DNA from: Schizochytrium sp. TIO01
Lineage: Eukaryota > Protista > Bigyra: Labyrinthulomycetes
Direction: 5' to 3'
Length of the DNA stretch: 64,000 nt
Assembly: GCA_004764695.1 (NCBI GenBank)
Contig: SMSO01000037.1
Span: 224,747 to 288,746 of the forward strand
Shown: piece after piece, positions 1-14,637 of the stretch
How the letters are laid out: the number at the start of each line of letters is the position of its first letter
Position numbering within the stretch: position 1 is the stretch's first letter
Translations under genes and position numbers: made by a program
The notes under the pieces: model-generated
The model's database searches: none
The model's input: only the letters and a program-made list of their open reading frames with translations
Told to the model about the DNA's origin: nothing

Positions 1-3000
1 TTGGCATTCGGGCGGCTCGTGACATGACATGGAACTATGGTGCGTTGAAGCCTTCAGCGAAGCGGCTCCAGGGCTGCTTTAGCTACGCATTCACTTCATT
101 CAGCCATGGAGCAGTGCCGAGGAAGGCAACGCAAAAAGTACTTTTTAATCAAGCAAGAGAGTAAGTCTGACAGCAGAGAGCTTAGGCGGGTAGGTATGTA
201 ACAGCAACCAACACGAAACGGGAAAGAAAATGTTTACTTCCACGAGAAACTAAGAGCGGTGGGACTCAACTTGAAATTGCCGACTTGAGGTGAGGAGCGC
301 AAAAGAGTGCGCGTCCACTCAAGGGGGCCGAAGCATGTCGCATGCCCAATAATGGCCGCAATGACTGGTTTCTTTCTTCCTTCCTCTCGACTCTGCTGTA
401 CTTGAAATTGAAAACTTCAAGTAAACCCCAGCTCAACTCAATCAATCCGATCAGTTCAATCAATCCAAATATTAATTAATTCAACTAATACATCTACAGT
501 AGCGCCTCACGTGAGTCCTGCGAAAGAAGGGTACTTTTCATGATTCTGTTCACACATCAACGAGTGTATCTAAGTAAGGCTGGACAGATAGTAGAAGGAG
601 ATGCAATCTTTTCACTCAGCCTTCATTGCTACCTGAGTAGGTGTTTGTTTGTTTGTAGAGAAGCGCCGGGAGAAGCAGAAAATAGGGCCTGGATTAATTA
701 TGTATCGAGCAGGATCTTTAGCATCAAGGGCAGTCTGGGTAACCAGCCAAAAACGTTTGATGAGGCTTGTGCTACTGCGCCGAGAAGAAGGTTTGCGTAT
801 CTTTGGCGTACTTTTTTTACTTTTTTTCGTTTTTTTGTTTTTGCCTCCCTGGCAGAGAATGCTTTGAAACGCGGTTCAAAGGCAGACAGTTATGACTGTG
901 GTGGGGAGCAATCGGGAATGTGCTTTTCCCTATGCGGACCTCTTTTGTGTTCCTGATAAGAGCGACCATGTATACCCACAGCGAGCTAGGCAATAGGTCA
1001 AGTGCGGGAACCACACCCCTGACCATCCTCTCCACAGCTGTGCGAAATCAAAAGTATCTGTGATACTTATACTATGTAGGAGTAGGTAGTAGTGCTTCCT
1101 GCTACTTGACGTTATCGAAAGATCGTGTTGACTATTTAGAAATAATTTGCTCCTCTTCTCTCTCTCTTGACATAAAACCAACACGAAAAAAGGAGTGGTA
1201 ATTTTATTATGTTTATTCGATATTTTTATGTTAAAGAAAACCTGCATCTTTAAAAAAAAGTCCAAAGCAACAACTAAGAAAACAATTACTTACACTTGCA
1301 AATCGTAAGGTGGAATAGGAATAAGAGAAGCAAGCCATTTCGGAGCGGCGACGATGGATTCCTCCGCTTCCGTTGAACGACAGAAGCTTGGCTTTTCCCA
1401 GGCTCTGGCGGCGTCCTCGGCGGCTTGCTTAGCATTTCCGGTCTTCGGGTTATCCGCGTTTGCTTCCAGGCTTCAAGTATGCTGACTTCAATTAACCATA
1501 CTTACATCGAAAAAAGAAACCTGTGGATTCTTTCAGAAGTCAAGAAGGTCAGGTACTTGCGTAGGTGTTGGAACACAGGTGCTGTTAGTGAGAATTTAAC
1601 TAACGAGTCAACCGCACAGCGAAAGGCCGTCTTTGAAATCTCTATACCCATCCCTTGTCTCTTCGAAGCTTTTGCTTGTTTGGGCTCTCTCAGTAGAATG
1701 AAGGAGGCACTCGCTCGAATGGTGAACTTGAGCAGCTCAGCAGAGGCCGTGGAAATAGGCCGTCTACGAGGCGGTGTGTCCGTCTTTTGTGCAAAGCGCT
1801 AGCCGCAAACCATCCATATATGTATGTATTCTGACGCGAGCCTTTAATTTTGGACATGGAATATCGCAGAAATCCGAATTTCAGGCCGAAGTAATAGTAT
1901 CGGCGAGGTGAAATGAAGCCGTGAAAATGCAGGTGAGACAGCTCGTTTCCTGCCTGCTTTGTCGCGTTCTCAGCGAAGAGCGAATTTGAATTTGTAAAGG
2001 GCAACTCGAAGCAACAATTATAAAAAACAACAACACAACATCCCACGCCAAATGCGTCTCAAGGTTTTCTTAAAAATCCCAAACGGCGTCTGTTTGTCTA
2101 CAAGAATCCGAGACATCGAGAAAGCTTGCGACTGCGGTCAAAACATATCTGCCAAGAATAATCAATTTTCTGAGAAGGCAATTGATTAAATCAGGCGTGA
2201 GGCCAACCTATTCAACGGCAATCATCTCCCCGTTGAGTGCGGTTTCCGCTTTTCCTACACACTGCATATCGCAGCAAGGCACGTCAAGAACGAGCGTTTA
2301 TTCGAAGAGTCCTCATACCAAACACAAATAATTGGTCAGATTTCAATGGCCCTTCGTGCCTTGTTCAGCTTCTTCTTTCGGCCTCAGCGAAGCCTAAACA
2401 GCGAATTAGCGTGATCTGAGTTGAGTCGTGACCTACCAGAAAACCCTTGCTTCTTCATAGCTACCTAGAGTGTATGTACGTATGTATATCTTTTTATGAT
2501 TACAAATATGTGTGTATGTATGTATGTTAGTGTGTGTATAGAAACAAGCCCCCGTTGTTTTCGTTACCAGTGAAGGTGGGGGAGGAACCTTTGACAAACT
2601 AACTCCCTTGAGGAACCTCGAGGCTGGAGGGTCGGTTCTGCAGAAAAAAACTACAGCTGCCTGTCGCCTGAATTATTTGTCTTCGGGATCGCGTCATTAC
2701 CTTTTTTTTTTGTTTGCCAAATTCGAACCAAGAGTCTCGAAATAACTGACAGAAAACCTAAACTTCTGCGCCCTTGATACTTAATAATCTGAATGACCCG
2801 AAAAGCAAGCAAAAGCGAGCGACTGCGGTGTCTCACTTATTGACTTACCTCATAACACCCGTATGAGCCCTCCCATCTACCATAAAATACATCTTTCTAT
2901 TTTTTTTTTAAAATTCAAAATAGTATTATGATTTAATTATACATATTTAAAAAAAAAAAAAAATTATATAGGAAAGCAAAGTTCCTGGATGTATTGAAGA

Positions 3001-3900
3001 GAGCTATCGAATAAAGTAATCTATAGACAGCCATGAGATGCAGTCGTCACGGCTATTGTCTTTTCCGTACCGCCACAGCGTGACCACGGTGCGGTGGCGC
3101 AGAAAGCAACTCAAAGCACACTGGGTAGTACCGTTGAAGATGCTGGTTTCTTGCAGCTTCTATGTCTTTCCTGCAGCTTCTGCGTCGTTGGTACCTGCTC
3201 CGCAGTGCTCCGTCTAGTTAGAATCTCAGGGTAGCTCTAGCTAGAGCTGTGATGGAGACGTTCCCGCACACCGAGAATTTATTTAGCCCCCTCCCTCCCA
3301 CACCGGGTATGCGAGATTGCCCACAGCTCCCATTCCTATACCCGAATCAGTCTAAACGTGTGGGACAGATCGCGTCTGTTAGTTAAGGAGTGTATTCTTC
3401 CAGTTTTTATTTTGTTTTGTTTTATTTTGTCTTGTTTTGTTTTGATGTATGCTTTTATTTAGTTGTTTTAAAAAGAGAGATGATATATTTAGTTAAAAAT
3501 TCTTTAAAAGTTTCGCTTTGTATTGAGGTCGTTGATGGTAGCTTCTGATATTGATAAATAACAATAATTATATTTTCATTAAATAAAAAAGATTGTTAAT
3601 TTTAATAATTGAAAACGCCAATTTATTATAAACATTTACTATATTATCAAAAATAGATAATAATAATAATGATAACAATAATAATCTTATTTTAACTTTT
3701 AAAAGTAATTTAATACTATAAAATAATAATATGTTATTTTAAGAAAATAAAACAACAAACAAAAAGCAAAAGAAAAGAAACAACAATATTCTTACTTCCT
3801 AATCGTTTTTCAAGTCATTTTCCATCTTCTTCTTCTCATACTCAAATTGATATGCGAATTCTTAGTACTTGTTCTTCTTCCAAACAATCCCGTCTTTCTA

Positions 3901-3959
3901 ACCAAAGGTTACCAAAGGTTACCAAAGGCTACCAAAGGCTACCAAAGGCTACCAAAGGC
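3901..3959. repeat. 10-bp tandem repeat ACCAAAGGYT x6
   Basis: Seen directly in the sequence. Confidence 0.95.
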
Positions 3960-4236
3960 GACAGCACTTAAGGAATCGATCCCAGAGGGGGGCTGTGTAG
4001 ATAGACAAATTTGAGAGTCTCAATGAATGGTCTTAGTAAAGGCACTGGCCGGCTACATGGATCCAAAGATTTACAAGTGTAAAGAAAACTCAGTGTACTT
4101 TCCGCATTGTGAAAGAATGAAGGCCAACACACCTTGAGATGTATATGCACCGAGCGACCACGGCGTCGGCACGCTCACCGTGTGCGTGCATGGGCCCTCG
4201 CTGCTCCTTTAAGCGAGCCAATCAATCAATTTTCCC

Positions 4237-4300
4237 ATTAATCAGAAAATGAATTAATCAGAAAATGAATTAATCAGAAAATGAATTAATCAGAGAATGA
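4237..4300. repeat. 16-bp tandem repeat ATTAATCAGAAAATGA x4
   Basis: Seen directly; the last copy has one substitution. Confidence 0.95.
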
Positions 4301-7300
4301 ATCAATGAATCAATGAAACAATGAAAGAGTCAATGAAGAAATCAATGAATGGATAAATCAACCAATCAATGAATCTCCATGAATCAACCAAATTTTCCAT
4401 CATTCAATTCAGACGATGCAGGGTCAAAGTCATCACCAGCTCGTGCCAGCTGTCCCAAGAAAGGTACCAGTGCCATACCCGCTACCAATCAGCAGGTCCT
4501 TGGAGGAGGTAGTTCTTGCTCGAAATCTTCAACGCACGTGGGCCGACGACAGGAAGTCTCTGCTGCTCGAAGTCTTCGCGGAAGGAAGGCTTTTGTTTCT
4601 CAGCTCGTGGCTCTGGATGGTTCTCCAGGTTCACAGCGTCGTTTATTCGCATACCTTGGTCGTCCATGCTCGTCTCCGCCGCTAAGGAATTGCACACAGC
4701 GATCTAAAGCGAGCAGACTTCGGAAGCTGTCGAGTCGATCACAGCAGAAACATGAACTCCTTCCTTGGAGGGGTTGGTCTCGGTGCATGCACATACAACT
4801 ATTGGTTGCGGAGGATCAAACAGCAACGTCCGTTTTGTTCTTTTTGTGCATTGCATTGCATTGAACTGCATTGCATCATAGATCGCGGAGCGGCGCTTTG
4901 CGAATGACGAAAACACAGACAGCAGCATCTTTCTTCCCAGCGGAGTGCTTACCAAGTACGCACGTGGGCGTGAGAGTCAAGGTGGAACCAGCAGATCAGT
5001 CAGGTCGGATCGGCGCATCGTGCTCAAGGGGTTTGCAAATAACTGCTCATCGTTGTCCAGGTTTTTGTGGATTTCTCTGCAATTTGAAGCCTCCGCAATT
5101 ACTTTGCGCGATCTCAGACCTGTTTATTTACTTTCCTCTGGTTGTCCCTTCGCTGAATGGAGCGTATAGGCTTTACCATAAGAGGCGTTCTTTTTTGTTG
5201 TTGCCGGTTTGAGCGCTGCCAACCTTTGGGGGAAGTGCTTACGTTGAATGAAGTAAGTTGAACTGATTTTTCGCAAACAGAGAACCTTCGCAGAGGAACA
5301 GAGTCTGCAGCCGTCAAAATTTCTTTCACTCAGGCCCTTTTCTCGATAGCTAGCGATTGTTTTGCACTCGTTGTTGAAAACTGAGAACGGCGTTCAACTC
5401 TGAAGAACTTCAAAAGACATGAAGAGAAGAAGAAAAGAAAAGAAAAGAAAAGAACAGACCTGGCGGCCCTGGCCAGGCGTGACTTTGGGGCCCTGCGGTG
5501 ATCTTCGAAGGGTGGAGTCTGTTAACCTATGTATGCACTCCTCCTCCTCTGTGCCAGCTCGCCTGTCGAGAAGCTGCCGCGCATGCCTTTATCCTTTTGT
5601 TATCTTCGCTGCAGAAGAGCTCTATCTACCTACGTTCTGGGAACGAAATACCGACATTGTTACTAACACTTGTAAAAGCAGTGTCTAATTTGATGTTTTG
5701 CTTTTTAGAATATTGAAAATAATTACAAAAGAATTATCGAGACTGAAGTTGTTATGTATGGAGCGGGTGTTTTGTTTTATTTATTTTATTTATATTCTAA
5801 ACGTAGCCCGAGTAGACTTTTAAAGAATAAATAGATCAAAATCACAAGAAGTGAATGAACACGGAGCTAGCGAAGAACAGAACAGACGTGATTGCAGTTA
5901 TAAATGATAGTAAAATGCCAAACTCACAAGTTTCCACGATTCGTTCTGTCTGCTCGCAATTCTTCGCTTTTTAATGGCTGCACGCTATTTGAGGGTGTTG
6001 GGAAAGAAGGCGAGTTGCATCCTGAGAGACCAAAGAACAGCAAGATGGAGGACCTTTTCTTTAATTATGAAATCTTAAGATTGCCCACCAGCGAGAAAGA
6101 AGCTGATTCCAGGACAACAACTGCGATCACACCTCACAACTTGGACGACTCCGACCTGCCCGAAAGCTGTTGATAAAAGCTCAATTGAACACTGTGACTG
6201 TTTTCGAAATCGATAAGCCTCTTACACATCCTTAGTTTATTCATAAACAGGCGGCCGTCTTCAATCTCTGAGTAGATTCGAATTGGCGCCTCGAAATCAT
6301 TAAACTTAAATCCACAATTCTTTTTTATTCAAATAACTCATACTACATATGCTATTTCTCGAGATACTGCAACTGTCTGTCTTCAATCTAAAGCTGTTCA
6401 TGACGTTCATGCGTGCTGCAAATAATTATTCATTGATCCATATTCACCACTGCTTCGACGACTATTTTTGGTGAATCTTGGTTTAAAAAAAATAATTAAA
6501 AAAAAAAAAAAAGCGCAAAGTGAACAACATCGCAAATCCTGAGACTTGGACACGCGAGCTAGCTTCCCCGATCTTTGCGTGAGCTGCTTGGTTCCTCGCC
6601 GCTCGAAAAGCCAGTCAGTCAGACCGCCATTGATCACTTCGCAGGGCATCTCTAGCAATCTGTTCGTTGCATCATCCCATCAACGATCGTAAATGCGTCC
6701 TTCCGCGCTCGCATCATTATAGTAAGTGAGTCAGGGAATCAGGGTGGAGAAACACCATGAACTGCGCCATGAACCCGCAAGCATGGCGTTTACAGGGATT
6801 CATTCATTTCATGAAAAAAAATTAAAAAATATGAAACGAAAGGTACTCTTAGTTTCATTTTCATTCTATCAATCTTAATAACTTTAAAACTTAGTTGGTT
6901 AAATATGATTGATCCCTTGCGCCCCTTCTCTATGAAGAGAAAAAAATACAGAGCTTGATCAATCGAACGACCCCGATTCCGGCTTTCTGGGATGTCGAAA
7001 GCTGTCAACCACATTTGGAGATTGGGATGATTTAGTATGCGAAGGTGAAAGGGTTTCTCTTGTTCTGTCTTGCTAGTGTTGTTATAGGTCAATCCATAGG
7101 GATTAGGTTTTGTGTTTTATCCGACCTTTTTTTCTTCTTCTTCTTCTTCGTTTAGTCCTTGAATTTGTTAGAGAATTAAACTGTGCATGAAGTACAAGGA
7201 AAAAGCATCTTTTCCCTGAAAGTGACACTTTCAAGTTAAACTCCCTGTTAAAATAAATAAATAAATAAATAAGTTAAACTTAAAAACCAAATATTTCTTC

Positions 7301-8886
7301 TTCTTCTTAAATTTATATCAAAAGTAAAGAAATGTTCATTTAAAGTTAAAAAAAAAGACTTAATTGAATCGAAAAGGTAAAGTGTTAGTTTTGTTCTATT
7401 CTAAAAATTAATCCATTTAAACAGTCCTCATGAAAAAGACAAAAACAAAACAAGAGCACAGTAATAAAAAAAAAACGAAAAGAAAATAAGAGAGATCAAA
7501 AGTGAGTGCGATACCTCCAAAATATTACCATTTCCAGGAGCAGAAAGGTGTTTCTAAGATCTAGTGGACTTGTGGTATACACTAGACTGCTTTGTCCTGT
7601 CTCCAGATGGCCTCCACATCAGCGTGTTGGCTATTGAGCTGACACTTCAATTGATGTTGGAAATGGCAATAGCGCTAGAACTTCTCAGAGTAGTAAGCAG
7701 TTAGTTAGTGAGCAAAGTGGGATCTCGCAATGCACTGCGCAATCAGTCGCTTGTTTTTTTTGTTTTTTTTTGTTTTTGATTTTTTTTTTTAATTTATCAA
7801 ATTGATCACAGTGTTCAAACCAAAGAGCTGTGAGAGTACCATGGCATGAAAGGGGCATGGTTAGCTTGAGGCTGTGAATGGTTTCTCTCTTCTGTCATCC
7901 GTGCGTGACTTATCACCTAAAAATGTCTTTTCCTTAGAACGTTGTTCAAATATACATTTTATTTTATTATTATTATTTTTTTTTTTTTTTGCCAACTAGT
8001 CAATCGCTGAGGAAGTTCTTCATTATGTAACAAAAATATATATTAAAAAATACGTGTTGGAGTTTAAAACGTAAATCGTATGATGGTGACCAGTTCCAAA
8101 GTTTCTTATCCCTTGTTGCTGTAATTCTTACAGTCATTCTTATATTCTATCTTAATCTAACTAATTGTCTGATCAAGACAAAAAGCTGACAAAGGCTGAC
8201 AAAACCAGAAAACACGATCTAAATTTATTTTTGAAAAAAGCTGACTCTTCTTACAATTACAGTTATTCATTGGTGTATATATTTCCTTTAAATTCACTTG
8301 ATGGGGGTGGGTCCTCGCTTATTCTTGTTCTTGTTCTTCTTCTGCTGCTTCGTCTTCTTCCACGGAAAGGAAATGTCCAACAAGAGAACCAATTCGATTG
8401 AAGGAGGCTCTAATTCTTGGAAGAGTCGCCTCCGATCTCTGCTTCCCGTTCAATAACTGCAACGCCTCGCGTAGTTCGCCTTTTTCGAGACACCTCTTAT
8501 TATCTCCAGTGAGCGATCGATTTGATTGGATGAAGGACGCAGCCATCATGGACGATGGCCACCACCACTCAATCAGATAAAGGTTTACGAGTGCCGAGCG
8601 GAGCAGGGGCTCGCCAACTACTTAGTGCTGAGCAGCGGACGGGGCAGCCGAAGAAACGGAGGAAGAACTGCTTCATCTTGGTGGATCAGATCAATCTAGT
8701 TTGGCGGATCGTAGCTACTAGATTACCAAACAAACTGATGATCTTTCTCGCCGTTCATAACTCTCTTCGAATGCATTGCGCATCCCGGAGCCAGAGCAGT
8801 CTATCGTCGAAGAGCAACGTTATCCACGGCGTCATGGTTTTTTAATATTTTTTTGATAAACTCGAGGCGAAAGCTTTGGTGAAGCT

Positions 8887-8926
8887 GCAAAGCAAAGCAA
8901 AGCAAAGCAAAGCAAAGCAAAGCAAA
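8887..8926. repeat. (GCAAA)8 microsatellite
   Basis: Seen directly in the sequence. Confidence 0.95.
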
Positions 8927-9000
8927 ATAATGCGAAATGCCGTCGGTTTCTCTTGTAGGAATCAGGCCTCTTTCTTGGGCCCAGCACAGCTCAGCATTTC

Positions 9001-9094
9001 AACAAAGAAACAAAGAAACAAAGAAACAAAGAAACAAAGAAACAAAGAAACAAAGAAACAAAGAAACAAAGAAACAAAGAAACAAAGAAACAAA
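9001..9094. repeat. 8-bp tandem repeat AAACAAAG, about 11 copies
   Basis: Seen directly in the sequence. Confidence 0.95.
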
Positions 9095-12000
9095 ACCTTC
9101 GCCAACACGTGAACAAAGCAAAGGCCACGAAACGAGGTGCGATAGAATAAGAGTCCAACCTCGTTAAACTTTCATCCCCTTCTGTACGACATCCTCTCAG
9201 CCGCGCACGTGCTGCGAATGTACTACTGCTAGGCAGTAAGTAGCGAGGTAGAACTGGCAACTTTCCTTCAGCTATCGCCAAAGTTCCTGCGACCACGAGT
9301 AGATTGACCGACCATCCATCCGACCGAAACCTAAGAACCAAAACCTAAGCAAACGAGCAACCAACGCACCCGATCACGTGGCCGAGATTGACCACATCTG
9401 CGCAAGTACTACTTCTTTATACCTGCAGAGGGATTCCCTTCCAGACTTAGTTCCTTGTGAATCTTCTGCCAAGACGCGAGGCCGAGGATAAAGCATCTTT
9501 CTTTAAAAAAAATCGCACGTTCATAACGAAGCAGCGGCATCTTGAATTGGTTTGATTCGATCATTTTGCGGTGACGGGAACCAATCTTTATGATGAGATC
9601 AAACTAGCGCGTGAGTAGGTGTGTATATATAAAATGTGTTATATATATATATATATATATACATACACATGTATGTTTAGATCGACGTTCAATGATTTAT
9701 ACGTGCGTGCGTGTGTGTATGTTAGTTTCTTACCTTCATAGTTAGTTCGTTTCCTTTTACCTTACTTGTTGGGTGCTTGCGTGGCTTGCAGCGGCCCCGG
9801 CTGCTCTATTGTTGGTTTGCAGCAGAGGGATTTCGTGACATTTCAGGCGCTTTTGGTAACCAGGAAAGCCCAGGTTGCCAGGATTCTTTCAATTCCTTCT
9901 CTGTTTGATCTTCGGGTGCTTTCCACCTTCTCCATTCTGATAGCTAACAAACTCAGCGACTTTGTTTACTTACGCTTTGAAAGGAGTAGAGAGAAGAGAA
10001 GGAGATCGAGCAAAAGAAAGAGCTTTAGAGAAAGGCACTAAATAGTGCACAATTCGCAAAGTGATATAGTATCACCTACCTACCTACCTGCCTACGATCT
10101 ACGACCTACCAATCAGCGGTAGCCTATAATATTCGTTTCTTACTTCGTAGTAATACGATTTCCGATTCATAAATGCGACCCGATTGGATATACTCTCACG
10201 GTCCGGAACCACGAGTTTCTATTTCAGTCCAGTGGACAACGGAGTCCAAAGTTAGTTTATTTTCCTCCTCTGGAGAACTTAGGTCTCAATAATGAAAATC
10301 AGCTCCGAGACATGCACAGCCCTCCTGGAAGGAGCTCAAATGATGGGCGGAAGATCATCGTAAGACTGAGCCAAAGAAAGGGCCTCGACTTGGACTTTGA
10401 CTTTCAAGCCAACGTCTGTGGCCGTTGCGAGATTATAAAAGAAAGAACCAGCGACCACTTTCCTTCTATGGTACTAAAATAGTATATCACCGGAAGGTCG
10501 TCGTAAATGTTATCGTTTCTTTTTAATTAAGAATTGATTGTAATGTTTGTCAAACTAGAAGAAAACAGAAAGCAAGAATGAATGCCAGGTATGCAGGTTC
10601 GCAGAAATTGAAAAAGGGTGAATAGAAGCAACAGGAACTGCGCACGCGTATCAAATCACCTGGAAAGCACGCAACCCGCGCCACGTCTCGGACATTTTCT
10701 GTCACTTTTAGGGTGCTCTTATATTTTACAATTGCTTGCTACCTGAGGGCCGTGAAATCCTCACATTCTCAGAATCAGTTCCTCATGTATTTATTTTAAT
10801 TTTAAAAAGGGATTTTTTTAAATTAAAATTAAATATATTAAATTAAAATAATAGAAAGAGAAGGGTAAACATTTATATTCATGAAAACACATTAGATTAC
10901 AGAAGTATCTCTGCTCCAGCTCAAAAAATAAACTGGGACCTCAGAGTTCTTCGACAATTAGTTCCGTCTGCGAAGAATAGTGCGGTTCTTGATTTCTATT
11001 AGCTTATCAGTGGAACATGATGTCTCCGAGTTTTCTGCTGCTCTCATCGAGCCGAGCCCAAACGAGAAGTTCCAGCTATTGCCAAACTCGATGTCCTGGC
11101 TGACTGGCTGGCATCAAAATGGCTGGCGAAAGCAGTCTGTCACTTAGCCTCTCCTCAAGCCCGTTTTGTGTCTCTGAAGCAATACCAGGCCTCGAGTCCT
11201 TTCTTGCGAGTATTTCTAAGGACGTGGGACGTACGTTTTGTACGTACGTTCGTACGTAACAACAACTTGGCAAGAACCTATCTAGCGGATGAAGTACGTG
11301 CGAACAATGTTGGCTTGAAACCATAACGCGGAAGTGGGGGGCAAATCTTTATGGCTACCACACTGCGATTTAAATGATATCAAAGTTGCGAGTTTTGGCG
11401 TGCAATCATATCAAGAAGTAGGCTGTAGACCTACTGAGTTCGTGCCAGCATTGCATTGCATATAGAAGAATTGGTTAGATTATGCCACATCTCTTATCAT
11501 CGCCTTTTGCGGTAGTACTGAGAACAAAAGAATCTAATGAGCGTTTTTGGCCTTTAATCTATTCGATTGGAATATACTCAGAGCAGGCTTCTGGGGACAG
11601 ATCTATCAGAGTTCATGTCTTTGGAGCCACTTTGATACTGCCTGAAAAAAGTTTGTATTGAGATAATATGTTACAACGATTTGCTCAGCCGTTGACGGAC
11701 CGAAGGTTCTTATAAAGCTAATGCGACGCTGAACATGAACTAACTTACCCTGAAGTCACATTGTAGATCGATTGATCGACTAGTATGCTGGTGATGTGCA
11801 ATCCAGATTGGAAACGGTCGAACTAGGACCCTGGATCAACAGTGCTGGCATGTGGAAGTCGCCATATCAAGTTAAGAAGAGCTGACAATCCATCTAAGAC
11901 AACAGAATCAACATGAAAACGACAGCCCGTTGATTTCTGAAATAAATTCCAGTGTTGCAACTGCTAGATCACTCCGCGTGGGTTTTTCCAAAATAAACAA

Positions 12001-12498
12001 ATATTTACAATTGTTTCGTCGTCATGGGCGTTCAAAAAACGCCACAACTATAGTTTTTCTTAAGTCTCACTTGCGAGTTCCCTATTCCGAAATCATTAAC
12101 AAAAAAACAAAATACAGAAAAAGCTTCGGTGTTAGAGAGAAGCCTTTGTAACAATTCTGTGATTGTTAGGGTTGACTTTTTCCATAGCATATAGCCATAT
12201 GATTTATCCTCATCGCTCGAGAGCTCCGCATCATAATGCCCCGCTTCAATGAGAAGATAATAAGCGGAGGAGATTTTCTTCCTTCATATTGTAATTTTAT
12301 TCTGTAAAATCAGCCTTCTAGTTTTTTGGTGCAACAGGAATGTCAAAACAACATTGAGAGCAACACAACGAAGGGATTAAAGATCATGAAAACCAACTGA
12401 AAAAAAAAAAAGTTGCATGCAGGGTAGAAATCTTCAAGTGATGGGGTTCAAGTCGCTCAGTAGTGCAGATAGTTGTGATAGTTGCGATTAGCCTAGCA

Positions 12499-12611
12499 GT
12501 CGCAATTCGAGTTTTCAAGCCTCTTTTCAACTTGGGAAAAGAAGGCTCTGATGATGGAAGCTTTGATGATATCACACCGTTCGTCAGAAGCTTGGAAGCT
12601 CGAATTGCGAC
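12499..12611 (+). other. Imperfect inverted repeat / hairpin with 26-bp arms
   Basis: 12499-12524 GTCGCAATTCGAGTTTTCAAGCCTCT pairs with 12586-12611 AGAAGCTTGGAAGCTCGAATTGCGAC: 23 Watson-Crick pairs, 2 G-U pairs and 1 mismatch. Confidence 0.85.
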
Positions 12612-14594
12612 GGTTTCTTACTTCGTTAGATGTCTGCTGTAAAAAAAAAAGCAAGTGTTGCAACATGCCCAAAAATAGAAAAAAACTTGATCAAGAACTT
12701 ATTGTATCAGGGTTGTAAAAAAATAAAGGTAGCCGTGGGTTTTTGTTCATCCCTCCAGTAGCTTTATCTCCGTTCAGACTTATCAACCTTGCATATATCT
12801 TTTACAGGATATCGTATTTTTATTATTTCTTTATAGCCAGGACGTTGATTCAAAGTTCCTCCGAATCATTTCGATTCCCAGCCAATGCTTATTATTGTAG
12901 GCATACAAGGAGCACTGCCATAGTATTCTGCCATTATTCTCCCTTTGAAAACAATGAAATCGAATAAATGGAAGAGCTACTTGAATCTAAAAATACAAAA
13001 GATGAGACGAAACGAAAAGAAAGTGAATCGGATATTTTTTTTGTGCCTTCAAAAAAAACATTTACGATTTTTTTAAGATAAAAAAAAAATATGTATGCAT
13101 GAAGGACCAGGCACTTTTATTGTTAGAATCTTTCTTTGCGCGTAAACATCTTTATTCATTAGAAAACTAACCATATACTAATTTATATAATTATAAAAAA
13201 AAACAAAAAAACTTTAAAAAACTAGAGACACAAGCTAAATGAGTTCGTCGGTGCACTCCTCAGTGCCAGCCAGCTAGGGGTTTCAAGCGTCCCTTCAAGC
13301 CAAGCTCGGACTCAAATAATCTTGCTGCATCATCTCCGACACACTTGCGATTCCGCAGCATCCATTACCTAAGAAATTACAAGTGTTTCTATTTCCCCTC
13401 GCACCTTGTTTTCTATTTAACTATAAACATACAAAAGGCACTACCTGCCAGAACTCATTTCGAAACGAACTATAACTATACCAAAGAACCAGAAGAAGAA
13501 GAAGAAGAAGAATAGCGCAGCGCGAATGTAGGTGGAACATTTTGGAAATCAGCCATTCGCCAACCAAGAAATAAGCTCCGACAAAGAAAAGGAAACCCAC
13601 GATTGTCGTCAATCCAACAGAAAGCAGCTCCGCTCCCTCAGCTCCGCAAGTAATTCAATCAAGCAATTCGCGATGACTTGTCTCAGGATAGATTGCTCCT
13701 TCGTTTGACCCCCTGACCCCTGGCCTTCACATAGCTTCTGCAACGCTTGTATAATATAATGAAGTCTATCTTGATTGCAATTCGACCTACGACTGAGATT
13801 GGGATAGACGTCACAGCGCAATGTATGTACGAATGTATGCCTCGCATTCCGTTGAGCGAACGGAGTCATATCCAGACAGCAATAGGACCCCTGGCACGAG
13901 TGGACAGCTGCCACGGACTCGCGGAGTGAGTTGCGAGCATCGCTTATCTTGGATGGCAACGCAAAGGCAAATTGGCGTTTAGACAGTACTGCCGAGTGTA
14001 ATGCATGGACTGCGTTGATTTGTTTTCAATGATGACAGGGCAACGAACGGTTGCGACCAACAAACGAGAAAGTCAGTTCCAATGCGACAAGAGCAAGTTT
14101 TGTAAAGGAGATAGATCTCCAGAGCAACGAGCGAAGACAGAGTATTTGCAACGAGAGGTGAGTATGTGACACGTTAATTTCTTCGCGGCTTGCTTCAACT
14201 GTATAGACCGCCCAAGCCCCCAAAGCTGCATTTTGCAAGAATAATAGTAATAATAATTCGCAGCCTGCAGCGCATGATCATGATTGTGTCGAACCTCAGA
14301 GGGTCCGAGCGCCGCTGAGGACAAGGCCAAATACCGACCTCCGTCGCAAGCCCATTCTATGGAATTCGAGAACTTGCGATCTATCAGCCTCGCAGGCATG
14401 TAAGTTCTTCCCAGCCTTTATTCGAGGGCTCGCGGCGCCACGCCAAGCGAGCAAGCCCTAAAATGTTGCTCCTGCATGACTCAAAGAACTAACTCGGGGA
14501 GCGAGCAACCTACCCAGTATCTGCCTGGCTGAATGTCTGAGAATAATTGCGCTTCTTCTCGACTCGCTACTGCATCCCCTTCATCTCTGACTAA

Positions 14595-14637
14595 TTCTTC
14601 TTCTTCTTCTTCTTCTTCTTCTTCTTCTTCTTCTTCT
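14595..14637. repeat. (TTC)14 microsatellite
   Basis: Seen directly in the sequence. Confidence 0.95.
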
